Virus record (IMG/VR): IMGVR_UViG_3300045988_175742
Length of the DNA stretch: 50,880 nt
Reading direction: 5' to 3' (one strand)
Origin: a virus
The notes under the pieces are model-generated. The model was not told the DNA's origin. It did no database searches and was given only the letters and a program-made list of their open reading frames with translations. A program made the translations under genes and the position numbers. Shown in pieces: positions 26,794 through 34,922 of this stretch (positions are counted from its first letter, which is position 1; each line of letters opens with the position of its first letter).

Positions 26794-27275
26794 TATTCAA
26801 AAGCTCCTTTCTTGTAGTAAGTTAATTGATAAAGTGCTGAAAAATTAGCAATGCCATTGTCATAGGTTTCAACACCAGGATTGGCAATCATTTCTAATTT
26901 CTGTGGAACTATATCATCAGGAAAAACAATGTTTTCAAATTTATTCATTGTTTCCATTTCAAATTGGTTTGCTAAATCATCTAGAACATCCGTAATTTTC
27001 TTGACACTCTTTTCAGTTTTAGCTCCTGATTGAAAATTAATATAAAAAGGCAATACCGCAGTATAGCCTCCTATGATGTTTTCATTAATTTTTTCAGCAC
27101 GATTAGATATTCTTTGAACCATGATTTGGTCATCCTTGTTTGAAGTAAAGAAATCTAATTTCCACATGTTTTTTTGTACATTTTGAATATCCAACTTCTT
27201 GCAAAAGTCATAGATACAATCCAATACCCTATTGTATTCTTCATATGTCAGTTTTTTATTTGGTTTATTTTCCAT
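26793..27275 (-). CDS. Tail completion/terminator protein
   Basis: Synteny with SPP1-like head-tail joining genes. Confidence 0.5.
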   Translation of the reverse strand: MENKPNKKLTYEEYNRVLDCIYDFCKKLDIQNVQKNMWKLDFFTSNKDDQIMVQRISNRAEKINENIIGGYTAVLPFYINFQSGAKTEKSVKKITDVLDDLANQFEMETMNKFENIVFPDDIVPQKLEMIANPGVETYDNGIANFSALYQLTYYKKGAFE

Positions 27276-27627
27276 TTCTAAACACGTCCTCTACACTTTT
27301 GATCCATTTCTTGATGTTTGCTTTCTTTGATTTTTCAAACCATTTGGCCGTTGCCTTTGGATGACGTGACTTGTCAAAGTTCATCCCTGTACCTTTATAC
27401 ACATGTTGCGCATAATCAGTATCGTAAATGACTTGTTTTTTCTCTTTGGCATTATCTCCAATATCAGGCGTTTCTCTCAAGTGGGTGTGATTCTCCAGAT
27501 TAGAAAAAGGAACATAAGGATCAGTATCTCTTATTACAGCATTCTTAAGAGTCTGATAAGCTTTATCCTTTGTCCCTTCCAAATCTTTTTTTACTTGAGA
27601 AAAGTCAACATCAATAGAAATCTTCAA
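27265..27627 (-). CDS. Head-tail joining protein (gp10/gp16.1-like)
   Basis: Synteny; HVYKGTGMNFDKSRHPKATAKWFEK. Confidence 0.5.
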   Translation of the reverse strand: MKISIDVDFSQVKKDLEGTKDKAYQTLKNAVIRDTDPYVPFSNLENHTHLRETPDIGDNAKEKKQVIYDTDYAQHVYKGTGMNFDKSRHPKATAKWFEKSKKANIKKWIKSVEDVFRNGK

Positions 27628-28022
27628 GAAGCATATACCTCAATGAACTGGATTTCTTTCGTTCCTGGCGGGCGATAACAGGCATATTTATTGATTGAAT
27701 AGACATTGGTTGTCTTTTTCAGTTCATCATAGTCCGTTTCTTTTATCGCATCCAAGACAAAATAATCTTCATTTCCAATCGTAAAAGTATTCTTTTTTGA
27801 CTTGTAACCGTGTTGATCAACAAATGTCAGTCCACCACAGTCACTCAAATCAATCGTTAAAAGAACACTGTCCGCATCGGAAATCCCCTTGTTTGATTGT
27901 GTAATGCCATAGTTTTCATCAAATCCAACGTTTTCAAGAACGAATGGAATAAAAGTATCCTCATCAACTTTATGAATCAAAGTAACAGTAAAAGGTCTTA
28001 AAATACGAGGAGAGCTAATCAT
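27624..28022 (-). CDS. Head closure (stopper) protein
   Basis: Synteny. Confidence 0.5.
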   Translation of the reverse strand: MISSPRILRPFTVTLIHKVDEDTFIPFVLENVGFDENYGITQSNKGISDADSVLLTIDLSDCGGLTFVDQHGYKSKKNTFTIGNEDYFVLDAIKETDYDELKKTTNVYSINKYACYRPPGTKEIQFIEVYAS

Positions 28023-28419
28023 ATCGTTTGGCCACTCTGCACATAAGACCTTTTCTTCTCAATTCACTTTTAATCATATAAGCTGAAACGGATGAAAAAG
28101 GAACACCATTGAATTTGTTGCCCCTATCGCCATAGCTATAATTAAATCCGTCTTTTGATACGCTTTGCAAGTCCAAATCGCTTGTGCCATTTAGAGCATT
28201 CAAACCACCATTTGCTCGAAGATAATCGATTTGATAGCATACTGCTCGTTTAAGCTCCAAACAGTAATAATCGATATTTTTTTCTAATGCCCATGGTGCA
28301 ATGAATTGTTCAGCGTAACCCTTGACTAAATCAATTGCTGGTTCAACAAGAGGTTCAAATTCAGGCTGACATATTTTTCCTTTGAATGTATCTACGTAAT
28401 ATTCATAAGAAACCTTCAT
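28015..28419 (-). CDS. Head-tail connector/adaptor protein
   Basis: Synteny, gp6/gp15-like. Confidence 0.55.
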   Translation of the reverse strand: MKVSYEYYVDTFKGKICQPEFEPLVEPAIDLVKGYAEQFIAPWALEKNIDYYCLELKRAVCYQIDYLRANGGLNALNGTSDLDLQSVSKDGFNYSYGDRGNKFNGVPFSSVSAYMIKSELRRKGLMCRVAKRYD

Positions 28420-28420
28420 A

Positions 28421-28732
28421 CTATTCTTCTACTGTATCTTTCTTAGCTTTAGATGCTTTTGCTGGAGTTTTAGCACCTGCTTCTAATTCTTCGACTTTTG
28501 TTGTCAATTCAGCATTTTGTGCTTCTAATTCAACGATTCTTGCATCTTTTTCTTTTACTTGTGCTTTTAAAGATGAATATTCTCTTTTAAAATCTGCTAA
28601 AGAAACTGGGTCACCTTTTTTAATGACTTCACCAGATTCTTCATCAATATGATCATAACCACGAGCAACATAGTCATCAACTCTATGTGGCTCGATTGTA
28701 AGGATTCTATTTCCTTTTCTTACTTGTGACAT
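28421..28732 (-). CDS. Hypothetical head-associated protein with coiled-coil C-terminus
   Basis: 103-aa ORF directly after the capsid gene. Confidence 0.55.
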   Translation of the reverse strand: MSQVRKGNRILTIEPHRVDDYVARGYDHIDEESGEVIKKGDPVSLADFKREYSSLKAQVKEKDARIVELEAQNAELTTKVEELEAGAKTPAKASKAKKDTVEE

Positions 28733-28750
28733 AGATCATCCTCCTCTTTA

Positions 28751-29641
28751 TTATTTTTCAACTGCAAATTGGATTGCATTTACTTTTTTCTTTAAAACAA
28801 ATACATCTTCATGAGATTCTTCATAGTAGACCCATTTACCTTCAGACATTGCAGATGGTTCATCCAATTTAGCAAATTCATAGTTGATTGGTGTAATGAC
28901 TGCTAATGGATGCACCATGAACATTTTGATTTGTTTTGCAGAACCTGCAGCTTTATATCCTTGTGTGAAGTCATAAACAGTTTTCATTAATTCTGATGGA
29001 ACTTCAACGATTTTAACCAAGTCTAAGTTAGCGATAGTTCTGTTTAATTTATTTTCAGCATCACCAATAATGACAGTTCTAGCTAATTTTTCAGCTTGTT
29101 TTAACATTGCGTTGTAAACTGGTGTGATGTATAAGATTCTTCCTGTAGATGGAACACGTGCTTCTGCCATGGCAATCATCATCTTATCGAAATATTCTAA
29201 GATATTTGCTGCTGTGATTTCATCAGTAATAGGAGTTTGACCTAATTCTTGATATTCAGCATAGATTTTAGAAACACAATATACATCCATTTCAGGGAAT
29301 TTTTGTTCTTGGTTGAATGTTTCAGTGATATTACCAATTGAAGCAACCAAATTTGTTTGGTCAATATCTTTTGGATGTACCAATGTAGACCATTTTCTTT
29401 CATTAGTTAAAGTTAATGGTGTCCATGCGTTATTGTAATTTCTAGATGCAGTGGCAATTGTATCTCTTGTTGAATCTACACGTCCTGTAGTTTCTAATGT
29501 TGGAATTTCAATTGTTCTTGCATTGACCCATCTATATTTTTGGTTATTTGGAGTATTGAATAAATCTCCGAAATAAAGCGCATAAGGCCAAGCTTGTTCT
29601 AACGCTTGTTGATATGCATGTGCATAGTTTACTGCTGCCAT
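28751..29641 (-). CDS. Major capsid protein
   Basis: 296 aa after the scaffold gene, strong RBS; SPP1 gp13-like context. Confidence 0.85.
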   Translation of the reverse strand: MAAVNYAHAYQQALEQAWPYALYFGDLFNTPNNQKYRWVNARTIEIPTLETTGRVDSTRDTIATASRNYNNAWTPLTLTNERKWSTLVHPKDIDQTNLVASIGNITETFNQEQKFPEMDVYCVSKIYAEYQELGQTPITDEITAANILEYFDKMMIAMAEARVPSTGRILYITPVYNAMLKQAEKLARTVIIGDAENKLNRTIANLDLVKIVEVPSELMKTVYDFTQGYKAAGSAKQIKMFMVHPLAVITPINYEFAKLDEPSAMSEGKWVYYEESHEDVFVLKKKVNAIQFAVEK

Positions 29642-29663
29642 AGTTTAATTTCCTCCTGATTTT

Positions 29664-30272
29664 TTATTCTTTAGGCATTGCTCTAACACCTGCAAAATGG
29701 AAACCGAATGCATTTGCATTGTTTTCTCCACCTGGTGCTCCTTTAGAAGCAGTACCTTTTGTAAATGTTGGTAATGAAGGTTCATCTTTTGGTTTTTCAA
29801 CAACGAATGCTCCTGCATCCGATTCTTTCAAACCTTTGATATATTCATCCGCTCCAATGAATTTGCCGTCTTTTAATTCAAAATTTTGTTCCTTGAATTG
29901 AGAAATGATTCCACGTTTGGCACTTTCAGAAGTAAAGTTCATTCCTGCAAAGTATGAGTTAGTAGCAAAGTCTCTTTCTTGTTGAGTCAATTTATTGTTC
30001 AACTCTGCAGTTTTATCCTTATATTTCTTTTCCCATTCAGCAGCTGAATTTTTGATACCTTCAATATCCATATCCTTGTATGACTTGATTTGCTTATTTG
30101 CATCATTCAAGGAGTTTTGAGCTGATTCATATTTTGTGTTCAATGTTTCTAGCTCTTTTGTTTTTGATTCGACTTCTTTGCGGTATTTTTCAATGTCATT
30201 ACCGTTTTCAGTCATGATTTGATTAACTTGTTCATCTGTTAATCCTAAATTTTTTAAAAATTCTCTTTTCAT
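29664..30272 (-). CDS. Scaffolding protein (GP20/DUF4355-like)
   Basis: 202 aa, coiled coil, MKREFLKNLGLTDEQVNQIM start. Confidence 0.8.
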   Translation of the reverse strand: MKREFLKNLGLTDEQVNQIMTENGNDIEKYRKEVESKTKELETLNTKYESAQNSLNDANKQIKSYKDMDIEGIKNSAAEWEKKYKDKTAELNNKLTQQERDFATNSYFAGMNFTSESAKRGIISQFKEQNFELKDGKFIGADEYIKGLKESDAGAFVVEKPKDEPSLPTFTKGTASKGAPGGENNANAFGFHFAGVRAMPKE

Positions 30273-30403
30273 AAGATCCTTTCATTCACTACGCTTTAGT
30301 ACGCTGGTTGCATCAGCCTGTGTGGTTGCAGTTTTACGAGTTGCCCACCTCATAATTTTTGTTTTCTTCATGCGTTGCTATGTTGTTTTCAGTTTTTGGG
30401 TAC

Positions 30404-30441
30404 AAAAAAAGGAAATATCAGCTTCTATTGCCGTATTTCCT
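30404..30441 (-). terminator. Terminator overlapping the end of the Cys/His-rich ORF
   Basis: Minus strand AGGAAATA-16 nt loop-TATTTCCT followed by T7. Confidence 0.6.
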
Positions 30442-30636
30442 TTTATTTCTCTCTAGTGCTTTTGTTTTGCTTTTAGGTGGTGGTTCATAACATTCATAAA
30501 CTTCATGTGTCATATAATCACACATCATGCATTTATATGTAACTTTCTTAATCACACAATGCTTTTTATGATTATAATGCCTTTTTATATCATATATAAA
30601 ACAGCAATGATGATGTGGTCTTAATCCTTCAGCCAT
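30418..30636 (-). CDS. Small Cys/His-rich protein
   Basis: AAAGGAGG RBS before MAEGLRPHHHCCF...; 9 Cys and 8 His in 72 aa. Confidence 0.55.
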   Translation of the reverse strand: MAEGLRPHHHCCFIYDIKRHYNHKKHCVIKKVTYKCMMCDYMTHEVYECYEPPPKSKTKALERNKRKYGNRS

Positions 30637-30672
30637 TGAAAAACACCTCCTTTCTTCCAAAATTGCGTATAG

Positions 30673-30698
30673 AAAAAGCGAGTCTTTTGAACTCGCTT
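30673..30698 (-). terminator. Terminator after the BRO gene
   Basis: Minus strand AAGCGAGT-loop-ACTCGCTT followed by T5. Confidence 0.7.
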
Positions 30699-30709
30699 CA
30701 TATTCATAT

Positions 30710-31450
30710 TTAATTGTTATAATCCAAATTCATTGCCAACTGACTGTTATATTCTTTGATTTTCAAGCTTGTATTGACTTCGGGAGACCATGATTCCAAA
30801 TAATTTTTAGCATTTTCATAATCAGTCTTTAGGGTATCTCGATATGAGCCTAATTTGAAATACTTTTTATAGTCTCTCCAGATGCTACTGAAAAGCTTTC
30901 TGCTCATTAATTGGTAAGCTCTTGAATCAATACCGCCTAGTGCACTAATTACAGTTGTTTTAGCAATTCTTTCAAGCGTATATTGTTGTGAACTGTCAAT
31001 CGTTGTTGATTTTTCTAAATCAGATACCTTTTCTTCAAGAACATCAACTCTTTGAGCTGTTTGTTCATGGGCTTTAATTGTCAACATAAGCAATTCTCTT
31101 GGGTCAGTTGGCACTTTAGCATATGAACCTGTCTTTCTCAAAGTTGGAAGAACTTCACTTGTTACCCAATGTTTGAACTTTTTAGCGGATTCTAACTTAC
31201 TTGATAAGATTAATGAATACAACCCTGATTCATTAATAATAATTGGCTTTTGTTCTCTACCCATGGAGTCGTGAATCACGACCCCATCTCTTTTATCATC
31301 AGAATCAATATGTCTTGCAAGAGAATCTCTTACATTTTTATATCCAAGTGCTTCAGCAACATCCTTTCCAACAAACCAAGGTTCATTGTCAATCACCAAG
31401 CTTCTTACATTTCCAAATTCTTCATTGTTAAATATTTGTAGTTCTTCCAT
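30710..31450 (-). CDS. BRO-N domain antirepressor-like protein (ORF6C-like C-terminus)
   Basis: FGNVRSLVIDNEPWFVGKDVAEALGY...ESGLYSLILSSKLESAKKFKHWVTSEVLP. Confidence 0.8.
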   Translation of the reverse strand: MEELQIFNNEEFGNVRSLVIDNEPWFVGKDVAEALGYKNVRDSLARHIDSDDKRDGVVIHDSMGREQKPIIINESGLYSLILSSKLESAKKFKHWVTSEVLPTLRKTGSYAKVPTDPRELLMLTIKAHEQTAQRVDVLEEKVSDLEKSTTIDSSQQYTLERIAKTTVISALGGIDSRAYQLMSRKLFSSIWRDYKKYFKLGSYRDTLKTDYENAKNYLESWSPEVNTSLKIKEYNSQLAMNLDYNN

Positions 31451-31715
31451 ATTGACAACCTCCTTTGTTAATTGTTTTTTGAATGTTTCTTGTTAAATCG
31501 TTGCATTTATAAATGTTTGATCTAATATCTTCTTCTAACGTTTCTAATTGACATTGGATGATTGCCATAACATTTGCAACATCTTGTTTGATATCATTTC
31601 CATGGTCGCATGCATCACATGTAACAATGACCATTGAATTAATTCTTTCTAAATCATTCAATTTGTCATCTAAATCACTAATTATACTAATGATTTCATC
31701 TAATTCTTCTAACAT
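31428..31715 (-). CDS. Hypothetical protein
   Basis: 95-aa ORF between the RHH and BRO genes. Confidence 0.55.
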   Translation of the reverse strand: MLEELDEIISIISDLDDKLNDLERINSMVIVTCDACDHGNDIKQDVANVMAIIQCQLETLEEDIRSNIYKCNDLTRNIQKTINKGGCQYGRTTNI

Positions 31716-31746
31716 ACTTTTTTACCTCTTTCTTTTTGATTGAATT

Positions 31747-31781
31747 TCTAGGCAAATAATGTTAAAATGCTTTTGCCTAGA
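31747..31781. promoter_or_regulatory. 9-bp inverted repeat TCTAGGCAA-N17-TTGCCTAGA
   Basis: Read directly, between the RHH gene and the 95-aa ORF. Confidence 0.5.
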
Positions 31782-31818
31782 TGGTTTAATAGAGAGGATT
31801 GTTTTAGTCGACATCTCT

Positions 31819-31950
31819 CTATTTTTTTATACCTAAATCTCTTTTTATCAATGTGGTTATATAGCCTTTTATGGTTTGACCATTTTCGGTTGCACGAATT
31901 TTTATTTGCTTATGTAACTCTTCATCGATTTTAAGTATTAAGTTTTTCAT
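31819..31950 (-). CDS. Ribbon-helix-helix (Arc/CopG-like) protein, 43 aa
   Basis: Not in the ORF track; GAAAGGAGGG RBS; MKNLILKIDEELHKQIKIRATENGQTIKGYITTLIKRDLGIKK. Confidence 0.65.
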   Translation of the reverse strand: MKNLILKIDEELHKQIKIRATENGQTIKGYITTLIKRDLGIKK

Positions 31951-32080
31951 AGCTGTCCCTCCTTTCAAAATATATATTATCAAAATAAATATATAGTGTA
32001 AAGTAAAATATATAATTTAAACATATTAAATGACATTTATTTAAAAAGTATATATAATATACACAAGGAGGGTTTAATAT

Positions 32081-32587
32081 ATGGATAATTCAATAATATC
32101 AAAAAATATCAAAACCATTCGTCGTGATAAAATGATGACCCAAAAAGAATTTGGCAAATTGATTGGAGTAACTCAAGCTACATTGTCTACCTATGAGCAA
32201 GGACTTAAAATGCCTAATACTGATACACTGTACAATATCGCCGAAAAATGTGATATATCTATGGATTGGTTATGTGGTAGAACCAATCTAAAAAATATTG
32301 AAAATTTTGATTCGTATAGTGATGTATTCAAAACTATTGTTAAACTATGTAAAAGTGTCAAATTTTCAATAATCGAAGATTCTAATAATGTTTACAAAAA
32401 CGATGTATCACAGCACTATCTTGAACCAGGAAATACGATTGTTAATGATTTTCTAAATCGCTGGCGTAAAGTTAAAGAAATTTACGATGACAAAACCATA
32501 GATGAAGAAACTTACGATACTGTTGTAAATTCGCTTATTGAACGATATAAAGATATTGAAATCATTTACGATGATGACAAGCTCTAA
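32081..32587 (+). CDS. XRE-family HTH regulator
   Basis: MTQKEFGKLIGVTQATLSTYEQG; divergent from the RHH gene. Confidence 0.8.
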   Translation: MDNSIISKNIKTIRRDKMMTQKEFGKLIGVTQATLSTYEQGLKMPNTDTLYNIAEKCDISMDWLCGRTNLKNIENFDSYSDVFKTIVKLCKSVKFSIIEDSNNVYKNDVSQHYLEPGNTIVNDFLNRWRKVKEIYDDKTIDEETYDTVVNSLIERYKDIEIIYDDDKL

Positions 32588-32614
32588 CTCAAATGAGTAG
32601 GAGCTTTTTTATTT

Positions 32615-32642
32615 TTTTATATCATTTCATACTCTTTCATAT
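32615..32642. repeat. Imperfect direct repeat (22 of the first 25 nt) with 33330..33357, flanking the TA cassette
   Basis: ttttatatcatttcatactctttcatat versus ttttataccttttcatactgtttcaata. Confidence 0.7.
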
Positions 32643-32653
32643 CTTTTCATCCA

Positions 32654-32680
32654 AAATAAAAAGCCACTTATTCGTGGCTT
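32654..32680 (-). terminator. Terminator after the MazF-like gene
   Basis: Minus strand AAGCCAC-gaataa-GTGGCTT followed by TTTATTTT. Confidence 0.7.
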
Positions 32681-32688
32681 GATAATTT

Positions 32689-33081
32689 CTAAAGATTAGA
32701 AGTATTTACCAATATTTCTTCATCCTTAAAAAGTTCTTCAATTAATTTCATAAGTTCAGCAAATAATTCAGGAGTTACCGAACCGACTACAATATAATCA
32801 AGTTTATCTTTTTGAAAATAATGAATTTGATTAGCTTTAATAAAGCCATCTTTCTTAACCCCATCTTCAACAGTAATTTCTAAATTTTGCTTCATTGAAA
32901 GTTTCTTCTTTCGATGCTCTTCGTTTTTAAAAGAAGACATGACTGAACATGTTAGATCAAATGGCAAACCTTCAATTTTACCTTCACTGTCATTCAATAC
33001 AATGAAAGGATGATTTCTTTGACGTGTGCCATCTTCTCCAATATATTTTCTAATTAAAATAATATCTCCTACTCTGCACAT
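32689..33081 (-). CDS. PemK/MazF-like toxin
   Basis: VGDIILIRKYIG...RNHPFIVL...CSVMSS...IKANQIHYFQKDKL pattern. Confidence 0.55.
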   Translation of the reverse strand: MCRVGDIILIRKYIGEDGTRQRNHPFIVLNDSEGKIEGLPFDLTCSVMSSFKNEEHRKKKLSMKQNLEITVEDGVKKDGFIKANQIHYFQKDKLDYIVVGSVTPELFAELMKLIEELFKDEEILVNTSNL

Positions 33082-33236
33082 TTCTTTTTCTTTGGTAAAG
33101 TAGCTTTTACTTTACTTTCTCCTTTTAACACTTTTTCGCTAAATTGAAATGGAACAACTTCATCATTATCAACTTTAGCGTTTTTTTGTGTTTTAAGATT
33201 TTCGAAAAAGCTAACAGGTAATGCTTGATAAGTCAT
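33069..33236 (-). CDS. Candidate antitoxin (55 aa)
   Basis: Not in the ORF track; GGAGGTGGG RBS; overlaps the toxin start by 13 nt. Confidence 0.45.
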   Translation of the reverse strand: MTYQALPVSFFENLKTQKNAKVDNDEVVPFQFSEKVLKGESKVKATLPKKKKCAE

Positions 33237-33329
33237 AATCCCACCTCCACATATTTATTCTACTCTTTTCACAAGTATTTTATCACGTAAAGATGTGGTT
33301 AACAACCAATTTAATGGGTGTTATATTGT

Positions 33330-33357
33330 TTTATACCTTTTCATACTGTTTCAATAG
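33330..33357. repeat. Partner of the direct repeat at 32615..32642
   Basis: See 32615..32642. Confidence 0.7.
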
Positions 33358-33469
33358 CGCTAACTATAATTGAAATTAAACATAAGGATTTATTGAAAAA
33401 GATTCGTAATTATGAAGGAATATTAACCAGCGCAAAATTGCGCCCGTTAGAATTTTTCGTTCCAAGCAC

Positions 33470-33655
33470 TTATAAGCAAATCTTTTTGTTTTTAATTTGT
33501 GTTTTGATTTCTTCAAGAATAAAATCATTTACTTCGAAATTAAGAGCTTCTTCTGGAAGCTCTTTTTTTACTATTTCAAAATAAGCTTTTTTAATTTTTT
33601 CAATTGTTGAAGAATCAACATGAACACCATTACTAAATGTATATACTGTATTCAT
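33470..33655 (-). CDS. Hypothetical protein
   Basis: 61-aa ORF. Confidence 0.5.
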   Translation of the reverse strand: MNTVYTFSNGVHVDSSTIEKIKKAYFEIVKKELPEEALNFEVNDFILEEIKTQIKNKKICL

Positions 33656-33668
33656 TCTATTCTTCCCC

Positions 33669-33962
33669 TTACTCCTCTACATGTTTAATTGAGTATCTAA
33701 CACAACATTCATGTTCGATACAGCATCCTCGATACTTTTCCCAATCCTTGCAGAAATAAGCAATGTCAGCTTGACCTAAAAGCTTGATGGATTCTCCTAG
33801 ACACCAAAGAGGCGTTTTTGGTTCACCATCAAAGAATGAATCAATCACTTCAATTTCTTTATCAGGAAATAATTCTTTTACATTGTGCAAAACTCTTTCT
33901 CTTTCATCTAAGATTTCTTTATCCGTTTTATCTGCCATTGGCTGTGATATAAATAATTTCAT
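33669..33962 (-). CDS. DUF4406 / nucleoside 2-deoxyribosyltransferase-like protein
   Basis: MKLFISQPM...LGQADIAYFCKDWEKYRGCCIEHE pattern. Confidence 0.55.
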   Translation of the reverse strand: MKLFISQPMADKTDKEILDERERVLHNVKELFPDKEIEVIDSFFDGEPKTPLWCLGESIKLLGQADIAYFCKDWEKYRGCCIEHECCVRYSIKHVEE

Positions 33963-33974
33963 TTATGCATCCTC

Positions 33975-34451
33975 CTATTCAAAAAATTCCCAATCATCCG
34001 CTAACATATCTGTTTGTGATGGTGCCCAAGGTACAATATTTTTCTTTGCATCTGGATTATCAGTTTGTAAATTAGATGAATCTATACAAACAAAAGGATT
34101 TGTTGTTGCATCTGTTTCACATAAATGGATAAAAATTCCTTTACCGTTCCAACCTTTTCTAGCAAATTTCATCCCTCTTTTTAGATATTTGATTGCTTCA
34201 TCAAAACCAAAAGTAGCTTCTCCACCTAATTCTGGGCAGTTTTCTTCATCAGCAAGAACCCATCCATCATCAAGAATATTAGATAATGTATAAATAACTC
34301 TTTCGGTTTCTCTAATATCCATTTCTTTTCCTTCTTTGGTATGCATGATAACTGTTTTCTTTTCATCATCCCAATACCAATAACCACCCCATGAAGGTAA
34401 TTTCATTTTCATTCCTTGTTTCATTAAATCAAATGCTTTTTTAAATTCCAT
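33975..34451 (-). CDS. Tandem DUF2829 (Tad2-family-like) protein
   Basis: AGGAGAA RBS before MEFKKAF; C-terminal half FDEAIKYLKRGMKFARKGWNGKGIFI...VPWAPSQTDMLADDWEFF. Confidence 0.7.
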   Translation of the reverse strand: MEFKKAFDLMKQGMKMKLPSWGGYWYWDDEKKTVIMHTKEGKEMDIRETERVIYTLSNILDDGWVLADEENCPELGGEATFGFDEAIKYLKRGMKFARKGWNGKGIFIHLCETDATTNPFVCIDSSNLQTDNPDAKKNIVPWAPSQTDMLADDWEFFE

Positions 34452-34464
34452 AATTATTCTCCTT

Positions 34465-34722
34465 CTAACATTTAATACATTTATTTTCAAATTTCTTATA
34501 TGCGTCGAAATATAATTCTTGCTTATTGCCATTGTAGGTTAATTCGTAATACATCCCATCATCTAACGTTGTGCTTAATAACGCTTTGTGATTTTGTAAT
34601 GTTTTAGCATACCAAACAACGTAAACTTCAAAATCAGGTTGTTCCTTACTTTTATCCAAATGATCTTCTGTATATTCTCTAACTATTTTTTTGCATAAAT
34701 CTAAAAATTCATCTGAACCCAT
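34465..34722 (-). CDS. Conserved Firmicutes-phage small protein
   Basis: AAGGAG RBS before MGSDEF; VVWYAKTLQNHKALLSTTLDDGMYYELTYNG. Confidence 0.6.
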   Translation of the reverse strand: MGSDEFLDLCKKIVREYTEDHLDKSKEQPDFEVYVVWYAKTLQNHKALLSTTLDDGMYYELTYNGNKQELYFDAYKKFENKCIKC

Positions 34723-34739
34723 TTTTTTCTCCTTTTTTA

Positions 34740-34886
34740 CTAAAAAATTTCTAAAATAAAAGCAATCATCATAATTAAACCGAAAATAAAAAGTGGGATA
34801 AGAATTTTCCATAACCCACAAATAAATAGATCAATAAGCTTTAAAGCAATTAAAAGAATGAACAATACTTTGATTACAGTTTTCAT
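34740..34886 (-). CDS. Small two-TM membrane protein (48 aa)
   Basis: Not in the ORF track; AAGGAGG RBS; MKTVIKVLFILLIALKLIDLFICGLWKILIPLFIFGLIMMIAFILEIF. Confidence 0.6.
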   Translation of the reverse strand: MKTVIKVLFILLIALKLIDLFICGLWKILIPLFIFGLIMMIAFILEIF

Positions 34887-34922
34887 ATGTTCCTCCTTAA
34901 ATTTGAGCAAAATAAAAACCGA

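Noticed and set aside
30290-30379. 29-aa basic peptide MKKTKIMRWATRKTATTQADATSVLKRSE upstream of the scaffold gene
   Set aside because: No recognisable RBS and very short. It is kept only as a remark within the accessory-island finding.
33784-34293. 169-aa plus-strand ORF
   Set aside because: It is antisense to the DUF4406 and DUF2829 genes, whose family motifs are unambiguous on the minus strand.
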